Below are positions 25,586 through 34,851 of a DNA stretch of 64,000 nucleotides, one piece after another. How positions within the stretch are numbered: the stretch's first letter is position 1; each line of letters opens with the position of its first letter. The stretch comes from Anaerolineales bacterium UBA2200 (lineage in GTDB: Bacteria > Chloroflexota > Anaerolineae > UBA2200): assembly GCA_002327925.1 (NCBI GenBank), contig DCVA01000036.1:3811-67810 (forward strand). Direction: 5' to 3'. The notes below the pieces were generated by a model, which was not told the DNA's origin, did not search any database, and was given only the letters and a program-made list of their open reading frames with translations. The translations under genes were made by a program, and so were the position numbers.

Positions 25586-26785
25586 ATGGCGAGGATTCTC
25601 GTGCCCGTGGGCGATGATCTGCCACGACAGGCGGATCTGGTCATCATCGGCGGCGGCATTATCGGATGCGCGAGCGCGTTCTACGCCTCGAGGGCAGGAA
25701 TGAGCGCGGTGGTTCTGGAGCGTCGAGATTCACTGGGTGCTCTTACGACCGCGGCATCGGAAGAGTGCTTCCGGGCTCAGTTCGATGAGCCAGAGAACGT
25801 GCGCATGATGCTGGACAGCATCGCTGTGTTCGAGGAATTCGCCGAGTTCGTCGGGCTGAAGGACTGGGATATCCACCTCCGTCAGCAGGGATATCTGTTC
25901 ATGACAGCGGGTGACCCACAGGCCGTCAGGGCCCGCGTGGAGCGACAACGAGGCATCGGCCTCACGGATGTTGAGTATCTGGACGGCGACCAAGTCCGCT
26001 ATCGTTTTCCGGTGATTGGCCCGGCCGTTACAGCCGCGAGCTGGCGGGCCAAGGACGGGTGGCTATCAGCACACGAACTGACTTACGGGTTTGCGAAGGG
26101 CAGCAGCTCGCTCTTTGCGCTGCGGACGGAGGCAACTGACATACGCACAGACGGGCACGGTGTGGCAGCCGTAGTTACGAGTCGCGGCCAAATTGCCACT
26201 CGTCGGATTATCATCGCAGCCGGACCTTATGCCGGCATCGTTGCTGGCTGGCTAGGCGTGAAACTACCCCTGGTCAACCTCAGACGCCAGAAGGCCGTGC
26301 TGGGCAGAGTTCCCCAGGTGCCCAGGGACGCCCCTATGACCATTGACAACGACACGGGAGCTTTCTGGCGACCGGAGGTGGAAGGCGCTGCACTGGGCTG
26401 GGCGCTGCCGGAGGAGCCAACGCCTCCGTCCGAGGCCGTGCCGACCGACTGGACTTTCCCTGCAACGGTGCTGGAGGGCATCACCCACCTGACGCCTTTC
26501 TGGAACGAGGTAGCCGAATCGCTGACTCGTGACAACGTATTCCTGAGCGCAGGCCAGTACACCTGCTCACCTGACAACAAACCGATCATCGGACCATTCG
26601 CAGGCATCCCGGGTGTGTTCTTCAACCTGGGCTATGCGGGGCATGGGATCATGGCCAGCCCGGGCGGGTCGCGATTGGCCATAGAACTGGTGCTCCACCC
26701 TGAGCAGAACCAGCAGAATCCTTTCCGCCTGGAACGATTTGAAACGGAGACGACGACAGTCTGCCGGGAGGGCATGGTAATCTAG
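25586..26785 (+). CDS. FAD-dependent oxidoreductase (sarcosine oxidase beta/DadA family)
   Basis: IIGGGIIG, QGYLF, IAAGPY, AGQY..SPDNKPIIG, GYAGHGIM.SP. Confidence 0.9.
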   Translation: MARILVPVGDDLPRQADLVIIGGGIIGCASAFYASRAGMSAVVLERRDSLGALTTAASEECFRAQFDEPENVRMMLDSIAVFEEFAEFVGLKDWDIHLRQQGYLFMTAGDPQAVRARVERQRGIGLTDVEYLDGDQVRYRFPVIGPAVTAASWRAKDGWLSAHELTYGFAKGSSSLFALRTEATDIRTDGHGVAAVVTSRGQIATRRIIIAAGPYAGIVAGWLGVKLPLVNLRRQKAVLGRVPQVPRDAPMTIDNDTGAFWRPEVEGAALGWALPEEPTPPSEAVPTDWTFPATVLEGITHLTPFWNEVAESLTRDNVFLSAGQYTCSPDNKPIIGPFAGIPGVFFNLGYAGHGIMASPGGSRLAIELVLHPEQNQQNPFRLERFETETTTVCREGMVI

Positions 26786-26830
26786 CTTCCCGGGCCGGAG
26801 TGAGACCGGCGCGGACACTGAGAAGGATGC

Positions 26831-28912
26831 ATGAGCGAAGGTCATGTGCACGTAACCGAGCGCCCTCTGGCTGAGGGCGACCTTTTTGTTGGGCGTTTCA
26901 CTGAACTGCTGGAGGCTGCTCAACTTGTCAAGCGCGGCAGACCGCTCGTGCTGGTGTTCGGCACGCCTCGGGTTGGAGTCACCTCCTTTCTCAATCACCT
27001 GGAGACCGAATTGGCCTCCAACCTCGCCGTCCGCAGGTGTACCGCCAATGTTTGGACTGAGCCGCTCAGGGAGACTTTGGCAGCTCTGGCGGCGGTAGTT
27101 GCTGACCCTGCTGACCATGCTGCGCAAGCAGCCACGGTTGGGCCATCAGATACCCACGCCCTGAAGTCAGAGGCGGATTCTGGCGGAGAGTGCGTATTCC
27201 TTGAGAGAGTACCGGCGCGGTTGCTGCTCGGAGACCAGGGCCAGGTATGGGTTGCAGGTGTGCTCTCCTACCTGGAGTCGCATGCCGGTCTGCAGCTTGT
27301 TGTCGCTGTGCAGGGAGCTCGTCCGGTCAGTGGCAGCCTGCTCAGCCCGGTTCTGACCTCTCTCCCGGCAGTGGAGCTCAAGGGACTGAGTCTGGAGCAG
27401 ACAGAGGAGCTGCTGGTCAAAGCGGCGAACAACCGCCTGCGGTATGAGTTCGATGCCATGCGCCGTGTTTGGCAACTGACCTCAGGCAATCCCTATTTCG
27501 TGCAGGTGTTCGGAGCGGCCTTGATCGAGGTGCACCGCATGGGAGGTCGAGTGACGGCCAATGCGGTGGAACGGTCTGTCCCGGTCGTACTGGAGCGGGG
27601 GGCGGCGGCACTGGAGTCCATCTGGTCAGACTGTTCGATCGCCGCTCAGGCCGTGCTGTCGGTGGTCAGTGAGTTGCCGGGCCGTCACGGCACCTTCACT
27701 CGTAACGACCTGGTTGGCGCATCTCAGCCGCAAGCTGCCAATCTGCGAGAGCAAGTTGCCGACTCGGCACTGGTCGAGCTCGAGGCCTCGGGGACTCTCG
27801 AGAAGATGGGGCGAGGGGGATATCGCCACACGCTGGAGATCTTCCGGCTATGGGTATCCAAATACCGCCCCCTGAAGCAGTTGCTCGGTCGGGGCAAGGT
27901 TTACAGGAAGGTGCTGGCAGCCCGCGGATCGGGAGCGCGCGCGACGACATGGCGGGGCGTGTTCGGATGGGCGGGTGTGGTGGCTGCCCTGGTATTTGTC
28001 CTCCTGCTCTGGAACTCCCGTGACGCGGGAAGGACCCTCGTAGTCGGTGCCCTGCCCACCGCCACTCAGCCTCAAGTAGCGACCAGACCACCGGTCATTC
28101 CCGGCACCGCTCCCGGCTGGATAGCGTACATGTCCAAGCCGAACCCAGATGCGGACTGGGACATTTGGCTGATGCGCGGTGACGGATCGGATCCGAAGCG
28201 GCTCACAGAGGACGTAGCCAATGATCAGACGCCATGCTGGTCTGCCGACGGACAGGCTATCGCATTTGTGTCAGACCGGGATGGCAACAAGGAGATCTAC
28301 ACGGTGAAGGTGGACGGCACACAGTCGCTCAACCTCACACACCACCCTGCGGAGGACTGGACCCCGGCCTGGTCGCCCGACGGCCGCTTCATCGCATTTT
28401 CGTCCTACCGGGATGGGAACTGGGAGCTCTACGTGATGGACGCCAATGGGGCCAATCCCCAGAGGCTGACCCGCAACAACGCGGCTGATTATGCGCCGTC
28501 CTGGTCCCCGGACGGCCAGCGTATTGCCTTCCAGTCGAACGGTGACGGTAACTGGGAGATCTATGTGATCGAACGCGACGGGACGGGATTGCAGCGCCTC
28601 ACCGACGACGAAGCGACGGATTCAGCTCCGGCCTGGTCTCCAGATGGGCAGCTAATTGCCTTCGAAAGCTATCGTGACGGCAATATGGAGATCTACATTA
28701 TGGCCACGGATGGCACAGGGGTGGGCAACCTGACTGAGGACGAATACTCCAATGAGCACGGGCCGGCCTGGGCCAGGGCGGGTAGCCGGCTTCTCTACTA
28801 CACAAATCGTGACGGCGGGTGGGATATCTTCTCGATCAAAGTGGACGGAACAGAGAAGGACAATCTGACACTGAACCCGGCGCTTGAGCAGCGCCCCGTC
28901 TGGCACGAGTAG
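26831..28912 (+). CDS. STAND-like NTPase domain (degenerate) + TM helix + TolB-like (PD40) beta-propeller
   Basis: FVGR.ELL, GTPRVGVTS (Walker A Lys absent), GLS.EQ..LL, TSGNPYF; TM near aa 375-395; about six P.WSPDG/S.RDGN.EIY repeats. Confidence 0.82.
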   Translation: MSEGHVHVTERPLAEGDLFVGRFTELLEAAQLVKRGRPLVLVFGTPRVGVTSFLNHLETELASNLAVRRCTANVWTEPLRETLAALAAVVADPADHAAQAATVGPSDTHALKSEADSGGECVFLERVPARLLLGDQGQVWVAGVLSYLESHAGLQLVVAVQGARPVSGSLLSPVLTSLPAVELKGLSLEQTEELLVKAANNRLRYEFDAMRRVWQLTSGNPYFVQVFGAALIEVHRMGGRVTANAVERSVPVVLERGAAALESIWSDCSIAAQAVLSVVSELPGRHGTFTRNDLVGASQPQAANLREQVADSALVELEASGTLEKMGRGGYRHTLEIFRLWVSKYRPLKQLLGRGKVYRKVLAARGSGARATTWRGVFGWAGVVAALVFVLLLWNSRDAGRTLVVGALPTATQPQVATRPPVIPGTAPGWIAYMSKPNPDADWDIWLMRGDGSDPKRLTEDVANDQTPCWSADGQAIAFVSDRDGNKEIYTVKVDGTQSLNLTHHPAEDWTPAWSPDGRFIAFSSYRDGNWELYVMDANGANPQRLTRNNAADYAPSWSPDGQRIAFQSNGDGNWEIYVIERDGTGLQRLTDDEATDSAPAWSPDGQLIAFESYRDGNMEIYIMATDGTGVGNLTEDEYSNEHGPAWARAGSRLLYYTNRDGGWDIFSIKVDGTEKDNLTLNPALEQRPVWHE
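28130..28905 (+). repeat. About six ~132-bp (44-aa) PD40/TolB propeller repeats
   Basis: Recurrent cctggtc(g/c/t)cc..gacggc and gg(c/g/t)aac..ggag.tcta units at ~132-nt period. Confidence 0.85.
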
Positions 28913-28916
28913 GCCA

Positions 28917-29228
28917 CTAGTCGGCTTTCTCGGCCACCGGTTGGAGACGTGCGGAGGCCACCTGACGGGTGAGCCCGCGCACCAGAATCAGCTTACGCCT
29001 GCCGGACTGGCCCGCCATCACACTCAGCGTGCTCACTGGCAGCCCCAGCAAGCTGGCCAGCAATGACAGCAGTTCCTCATTCGCCGCGTCCTCGACCGGG
29101 GCTGCCCTCACTCGCACGCGGAGCGCGCCGCCGTGCATACCGGCCAGGCCCGTTCGCGACGAACGGGGCACGACGTACACCGCGAGCACCAACCCTGCTT
29201 TGTGCTCACGCAAAGCAGCTTCGAGCAT
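28917..29228 (-). CDS. yggU: DUF167 family protein
   Basis: VVPRSSR, APVEDAANEEL, GQSGRRK. Confidence 0.88.
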   Translation of the reverse strand: MLEAALREHKAGLVLAVYVVPRSSRTGLAGMHGGALRVRVRAAPVEDAANEELLSLLASLLGLPVSTLSVMAGQSGRRKLILVRGLTRQVASARLQPVAEKAD

Positions 29229-29279
29229 GCCTATTCCTCATTCGCGACGGGCGCCGCCAGGGCGGCGTCAGAGCGGCGG

Positions 29280-29534
29280 CTAGAACAGCGCACGAATCAC
29301 CAGTGAGTGCAGCAGCTCGAGGATCAGCAGGGCGACCATCGGGGAAAAGTCCAGGCCGCCAACGGTGGGAATCACGCGCCGCAGAGGAGCCAGAATCGGC
29401 TCGGTGATCTGGTAGATCCAGTAGGAGAACGAGTTTCCCCTGCCGAGGTTGATCCATGACAGAAGCACACGCAACAGCAGAACCAGGCTCAGCAGCCAGA
29501 AGACAAAGTCAACAAGACGGTACAGGGTAAGCAT
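29280..29534 (-). CDS. yggT: YggT family membrane protein
   Basis: RVLLSW, TEPILAPLRRVIP..GGLDFSP; TAATG coupling to proC. Confidence 0.92.
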   Translation of the reverse strand: MLTLYRLVDFVFWLLSLVLLLRVLLSWINLGRGNSFSYWIYQITEPILAPLRRVIPTVGGLDFSPMVALLILELLHSLVIRALF

Positions 29535-30358
29535 TACGTGGTTTCCTCTCCTCCAAGGATTTTGGTCTTTTGATAGGCCGCCCACACGGCGCGAGAGAGC
29601 ACCGTGCGCACTCCACCCTTCTCCAGCTGGTAGAGGGCTTCGGCAGTCGTACCACCCGGTGAAGTGACCATGTTCCTCAGCTCGGCGGGATGCAGTTGTG
29701 ATTGCTGCGCAAACAGAGCCGAACCTAGAATGGTCTGCTTGACAAGACGCTGAGCCACGCGGCGCGAAAAGCCCAGGTGAACGCCGGCGTCGACCAGGGC
29801 CTCCATGAACAGGAACACATAGGCGGGACCAGTTCCGCTGAGCGCGGTCGCCATGTCAAGATACGTCTCTTCCTCGACGAAGAGCTCATCACCAAGCGCA
29901 GCGAGGACTTGCTGGGCCTGCTCCCTCTGCTCTGTGTCCGTGGCCGATGACGTGGTCCATACGGTCATTGCCGCGCCCACCTGGGCAGGGGTGTTGGGCA
30001 TGGCCCGCGCAATCGCAGTGTGCTCCAGCCCCGTGATCAGAGTCCGTAAACGCATACCTGCAACGATGGAAAGCACCATCGCGTCGGGTTGGATCTTGCC
30101 GCGCAGCTCTGGCAGGACTCGAGGAACCACTTGTGGTTTCACAGACAGCACCACGAACCGGGCAGCATTGACAGCAGACTCGTTCGACGTGGTCGAGCTC
30201 ACACCATAGCGCTGCTGGAGGTCCAGCCCACGCTCGGGCCGAGGACCACTGGCAACCACGTCTGTGGCATTTACCAGACCTCGGCTGAGTATCCCCTTGA
30301 TCATCGCCTCGGCCATCACGCCGCTGCCGACGAACGCCAGTTTCTGCCCTTTCAACAT
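29534..30358 (-). CDS. proC: Pyrroline-5-carboxylate reductase
   Basis: GSGVMA, VKPQ, SIVAG, RAMPNTP, TALSGTGPAY, VTSPGGTT. Confidence 0.96.
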   Translation of the reverse strand: MLKGQKLAFVGSGVMAEAMIKGILSRGLVNATDVVASGPRPERGLDLQQRYGVSSTTSNESAVNAARFVVLSVKPQVVPRVLPELRGKIQPDAMVLSIVAGMRLRTLITGLEHTAIARAMPNTPAQVGAAMTVWTTSSATDTEQREQAQQVLAALGDELFVEEETYLDMATALSGTGPAYVFLFMEALVDAGVHLGFSRRVAQRLVKQTILGSALFAQQSQLHPAELRNMVTSPGGTTAEALYQLEKGGVRTVLSRAVWAAYQKTKILGGEETT

Positions 30359-30493
30359 TGGGTACCTCCTCAGAATCTTGCCTGCCTGCCACGATTCGCC
30401 CCCTCACCGGAGGGTGGAGGGCTTGCAGACCGAACTGTACATAATGCCACTCTACTCAAGCGCAGGTTTTCGCGCTGACACGACATAAACATG

Positions 30494-31288
30494 CTAACAC
30501 AGCATGGCCGTAACCGCGAAACGTCCGGTCCGCCCGCGCTCAGCGCGATGCGAAAAGAACTCGTGGCGGCTGCAGCTGGTGCAAATCCCGCTGAGCTCCA
30601 CCCGGGCCACGCCGTGGCTTTCGAGATGGATCCGCACTGCCGCTGGAAGGTCCAAACGACTGCTGTCCGAGGTCACCGGCGTGAGCACCTCACTGGCGTT
30701 GCCCAGAACGCGCTTCACCTCTGCGATCACGTCCTGACCCACTGTGTAGCAGCAAGGTCCAATCGAGGGGCCAATGCCGGCGAGCACGTGCTCTGGTCGA
30801 GTTCCGAACTCGTCGTACATCAGTCGCAGGGCGTTCGCCACAACACCGGCAGCCCAGCCGCGCCAGCCGGCATGCAGCAATCCCACCGCTCCGTGGGTCG
30901 CATCGTAGAGCAGCACGGGCACACAGTCTGCGAATCGCAACATCAGAGCCACGTCCCGCTCATCGGTGACCAGGCCGTCCGTACCAGGTATTATGGAGCC
31001 GCACTGAGCGCGCCCGACGCGCCGCACCGCGCTGCCGTGCACCTGGTGCGGAGTCACAATCTGGTGTTCCTGTACTCCCAGCACGGAAAAGACGCGCCGC
31101 TCGTTGATCTGCACCGCCGCCGGGTCATCGCCGACAAAGTGACCGACATTGAGACTGGCGAAGGGTGCCAGGCTGACGCCACCCAGCCGAGTGAGCACAG
31201 TGCAGCGCAGCTTCGGAAGCGAGTGCATCGACTCGAACTCGTAATACACTACTTCGCCAGAGCGGGTTCGGATCACTCTGCCGGCCAT
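30494..31288 (-). CDS. pgeF: YfiH/PgeF family (laccase-domain purine nucleoside enzyme / peptidoglycan editing factor)
   Basis: TRLGGVS, QVHG, DGLVT, ADCVP, HAGWRG, GPSIGPCCY, CT.C..FFSHR. Confidence 0.93.
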   Translation of the reverse strand: MAGRVIRTRSGEVVYYEFESMHSLPKLRCTVLTRLGGVSLAPFASLNVGHFVGDDPAAVQINERRVFSVLGVQEHQIVTPHQVHGSAVRRVGRAQCGSIIPGTDGLVTDERDVALMLRFADCVPVLLYDATHGAVGLLHAGWRGWAAGVVANALRLMYDEFGTRPEHVLAGIGPSIGPCCYTVGQDVIAEVKRVLGNASEVLTPVTSDSSRLDLPAAVRIHLESHGVARVELSGICTSCSRHEFFSHRAERGRTGRFAVTAMLC

Positions 31289-32286
31289 CGTTCCAGAATG
31301 ATGCGCCGCAGCTCCGCCCGTTCCTCCTCTGAGAGAAAGGCGCTGGAAGCCGCATCAAGCGTTGTTTGCTTCACCTGGTCCAGGCCCCAGCCGAATTGCT
31401 CTGACAGACGGGCGAACTCCCGAGTAAGCGTGGTGTTCGACGTGGTGCGTCCGTCGGTGTTGACCGTCACGGGCAGGCCATAGCGCATGTAACGGTCGAT
31501 CGGATGAGCGGCCAGAGTCTTGACGGCACGCGTCTGAACGTTGCTGGTAGGACACATTTCGAGGGTGATGTGCCTGACGCGGACCGGAGCAAAGAGAGAG
31601 GGGTCCTGTTGTAGATTCACCCCGTGTCCGATGCGTTGAGCTTCGAGCAGCTCGATCGCCTCGCGAACACTCTCAGCCCCAGCTGCCTCACCGGCGTGGA
31701 CGGTGCGGGGCATTCCCACGCCTCGGGCCAGGCGGAATGCCGTGCGATGGGGGGAGCCCCCATAGACCGCCTCGTCCGCAGCCAGGTCCAGTCCGACGAC
31801 TTTGCCGGGTGCCCAGTTGGCGATTGCGTACTGAGCGACCTCGTGACTGAGATGCGATGGGTCGTGGCGCAGGCAGCAGATGATCTGTCCGGTCCGAACC
31901 CCGAAATCCTGTTGCGCGGCACGTAGCCCTGCATCCACGGCGTCGATTACCTGCTGCATATTCAGACTGCGACGTATGCAGAGTTGAGGTGCATAGCGAA
32001 TCTCGGCATATACCATGCCCTCGGCAGCCATGTCCTCCGCAAGCTCGTAAGCCACACGCTCGAGCGCATCCTCTGTCTGCAGCACCTGCAAAGCCAGGTC
32101 GACACGGGTCAGGTAGTCTGCCAGATTATCGCACAGGGGCGGAGCGATCAGGGCCGGCTCCAGTTGCTCCGGCATCTGGATGCCCTGCCTGGCGCCCAGC
32201 TCTCCGACCGTGCACGGTCGCACCGAGGTGTCCAGGTGCACGTGAAGCTCAACCTTGGGCAGACGTCGAATGGCTTCTATCGGCAT
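31273..32286 (-). CDS. add: Adenosine deaminase
   Basis: LPKVELHVHLD, YAEIRYAP, HAGE, RIGHG, EMCPTSN, VNTD; ATG 32286. Confidence 0.93.
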   Translation of the reverse strand: MPIEAIRRLPKVELHVHLDTSVRPCTVGELGARQGIQMPEQLEPALIAPPLCDNLADYLTRVDLALQVLQTEDALERVAYELAEDMAAEGMVYAEIRYAPQLCIRRSLNMQQVIDAVDAGLRAAQQDFGVRTGQIICCLRHDPSHLSHEVAQYAIANWAPGKVVGLDLAADEAVYGGSPHRTAFRLARGVGMPRTVHAGEAAGAESVREAIELLEAQRIGHGVNLQQDPSLFAPVRVRHITLEMCPTSNVQTRAVKTLAAHPIDRYMRYGLPVTVNTDGRTTSNTTLTREFARLSEQFGWGLDQVKQTTLDAASSAFLSEEERAELRRIILERWPAE

Positions 32287-32302
32287 GGGTGGAGTGTGGA
32301 TC

Positions 32303-33859
32303 CTACATCTCCTCTCCGGGAGAGGCCCCACCAGGCCCAAGGCGAATGTGCCCCCAGGGCAGGTTCTCCTCCGGCGCACGTAACCGGGTGAAATCAGCGT
32401 TCGAAAGTCCCTGCGCGGCCATAGAGACATTCCATTGCGCCAGCGAGTTCTCCGTCATTCCCGCGAGCACCAAGCCCAGGCGGCGGTCGCCCCTGGCAAG
32501 CACCGCCTGGATGGTCGACCAAGGGATGCCGTCCGCTGACAGACGCACCGACCTTGACTGCAGGGCTCGTTTGAGAATCCTGTAGCGGTTCTTCAGAACA
32601 TCGTCATCGGTCATGGATGTGCGCTCGAAGGGCGTGTGCGCCTTTGGCACAAACGTAGCCACGCTGGCCGACAACTGCCCGTCAAACACACGTGCGATGG
32701 AATCGAAGACGAGGGGAATTGCATTCACGTCTTCCTCTTCCTCGGTCGGCAACCCCAGCATGAAATAAAGCTTGACCTCGGGGAACCGGAATCGCGCCGC
32801 CGCTTCCGCGGCGCGGCATATATCATCTTCATGCACGCCCTTGCGGATGTAGGTCCTGAGACGCTCGGAGCCCGCCTCGGGCGCCAGGGTGAGCGTCCTC
32901 GCGCCGCTGGCCGCCAGGGCCGCCAGCAGCTCCTCCGGGAGGGGATCCACACGCAGGGAAGAAACGGATACCAGCATCTGCAGTTCGGCCAGTCCTGCCA
33001 AAAGCTCGTCCAACCGTGAGTAGTCCGAAACAGCCGCGCTCACCAGGCCGACTTTGCGACGATACTGGCGGCCCTGGCGCGCCTGTTCCAGGAGCAACCG
33101 CGGGCTACGCTCGCGATGCGGGCGATACAGACAACCAGCCAGGCAGAATCGGCACCCGTGTGCGCAGCCGCGTGCAATCTCGAGCAGGTGCATGTCCCCG
33201 AACTCTGTATCCTTCGCATAGACAGCCGTCTGCGTTGGGTAGATATCCAGATCTCGCAGGCTCTGGCGCTCGATGACGCCCGGCCTGGTCGGGACATAGA
33301 CTCCGGGAATCTCCTCCAGATTCTGAAGAAGTCGTTCGCGACCGGAGGCGTAACCGGCGCAAAGGGTATCAAGCAAGCGGGTCAGAATCGGCTCGACTTC
33401 GCCGATCACAAAGGCATCGCAGACCTCAGCCAGAGGCTCAGGGTTGGCCGAGACAGCCGGACCGCCGGCCAATAACAGAGGATACTCATCTCCGCGGTCG
33501 CGAGCCAGGACCGGGATTCCGGCAGCCTTCAGTAGCATCACATAGTTCAAGTAGTCCAGTTCGAAAGAAAAGCTGGACGCCAGCACCCCAAAGTCACCTA
33601 GCCGGTGCTGTCCCTCCAGAGATACCGGTTCTTCTCCCGGCACGATGGTGCGCAAGCCGCAAAACACCCTCTCGCAAACGATGTCCGGGCGCGCATTGAA
33701 GCTGCGGTATAGCGTCTGCAGAGCCAGACTGGACATGCCCACGCGATACGTGTTGGGAAAGATGAGGGCCAAGGGCAGCCTGCCACCCCAGTCCTTAGAG
33801 ATGGCTCCCTGTTCGCGCTCTATGACTCGTTTGGCGGCGGCAATCACGGTCCACTTCAT
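32303..33859 (-). CDS. Radical SAM protein with N-terminal B12-binding-like domain
   Basis: FPNTY.VGMSSL, FELDY, NPEP, EIARGCAHGCRFC, SSLRVD, TLAPEAGSERLR, KLYFMLGLP, PKAHTPF; ATG 33859. Confidence 0.9.
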   Translation of the reverse strand: MKWTVIAAAKRVIEREQGAISKDWGGRLPLALIFPNTYRVGMSSLALQTLYRSFNARPDIVCERVFCGLRTIVPGEEPVSLEGQHRLGDFGVLASSFSFELDYLNYVMLLKAAGIPVLARDRGDEYPLLLAGGPAVSANPEPLAEVCDAFVIGEVEPILTRLLDTLCAGYASGRERLLQNLEEIPGVYVPTRPGVIERQSLRDLDIYPTQTAVYAKDTEFGDMHLLEIARGCAHGCRFCLAGCLYRPHRERSPRLLLEQARQGRQYRRKVGLVSAAVSDYSRLDELLAGLAELQMLVSVSSLRVDPLPEELLAALAASGARTLTLAPEAGSERLRTYIRKGVHEDDICRAAEAAARFRFPEVKLYFMLGLPTEEEEDVNAIPLVFDSIARVFDGQLSASVATFVPKAHTPFERTSMTDDDVLKNRYRILKRALQSRSVRLSADGIPWSTIQAVLARGDRRLGLVLAGMTENSLAQWNVSMAAQGLSNADFTRLRAPEENLPWGHIRLGPGGASPGEEM

Positions 33860-33863
33860 GGCA

Positions 33864-34811
33864 CTAGTAGTCAAACAAGGGCTGCATCGACTCCCCTTCG
33901 TGAATCCGGCGCACAGCGTCTGCGAAGAGCGGCGCCACTGACAAGATGCGCATAGAAGGAATGTGGTTCTCTTGAGCAATCGGGACGGTGTTGGTCGTCA
34001 CGATCGCCTTTACCTCGGGCAGCGATCCCAGGTTCTTGATGGCCGGACCGCAGAAGATGCCGTGCGTGCACACCAGGGTCACCTCGGACACGCCATGCTT
34101 TCGCAAGGTCTTGACGGCCTGCACCATGGACGTGCCGACTGCGATCTCATCGTCGATGAGGATTGCGCGGTGCCCCCTGATCTCCCCGATCACGCCGTCC
34201 ACTACGACAGTAGTGTCGTCAATGCGCTTCTTAATGACCGCCGCAATCGGCAACTTTAACTGACGCGCGAGCTCGGCACCCCGCTTTGCATGGCCTATAT
34301 CGGGCGTCAGCACCGTGGTATCGCTCAAATCCTGATCTCGCAAGTAGCTGACGAACACAGGCATCGAGCTAAGGTGGTCTGTGGGGACGCTGAAGAACCC
34401 GTGGACCTGTGGGGAGTGCAGGGTCATTGTGAGGACACGCTGAGCGCCGGCCGTGGCTAGAAGGTCCGCGATCAGCCGTCCGGCGATAGAGATACGCGGT
34501 TCGTCCTTCTTGTCGGAACGGCTGTACGAGTAGTAAGGAATGATGGCCGTCACTCGCTTGGCCGACGCCAGTCGAGCAGCGTCCAGCATCAGCAGTAGTT
34601 CCAGCACCCTGTCGCTGACAGGGGGTGGGTAGAACGGCTGCACAATGAATACGTCCTTCTCGCGCACCGTCTCTTGCAGCTGCACGTACAGGTTGTCATT
34701 GGTAAAGTGCTTTGTGATTGCCGGACTCAACCGTGCTCCGCGCAGAGCACAGATTTCCTGGGCCAGTTCGCGGTGAGCGCTGCCACTGAAGATACACAAT
34801 TGATCCTTCAT
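33864..34811 (-). CDS. prs: Ribose-phosphate pyrophosphokinase (divergent)
   Basis: IFSGSAH, IPYYSYSRSDKK, LHSPQVHGFF, KKR, LIDDEIAVGTS, THG, TNTVP. Confidence 0.92.
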   Translation of the reverse strand: MKDQLCIFSGSAHRELAQEICALRGARLSPAITKHFTNDNLYVQLQETVREKDVFIVQPFYPPPVSDRVLELLLMLDAARLASAKRVTAIIPYYSYSRSDKKDEPRISIAGRLIADLLATAGAQRVLTMTLHSPQVHGFFSVPTDHLSSMPVFVSYLRDQDLSDTTVLTPDIGHAKRGAELARQLKLPIAAVIKKRIDDTTVVVDGVIGEIRGHRAILIDDEIAVGTSMVQAVKTLRKHGVSEVTLVCTHGIFCGPAIKNLGSLPEVKAIVTTNTVPIAQENHIPSMRILSVAPLFADAVRRIHEGESMQPLFDY

Positions 34812-34851
34812 TCAACCTCCCGCCCGATGCGCCCGAATCGTCTGCGTGCGC

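Noticed and set aside
28130-28905. 132-bp periodic repeats as a DNA array or diversity-generating element
   Set aside because: They are in-frame PD40 propeller blades with synonymous divergence; no reverse transcriptase or template repeat is present.
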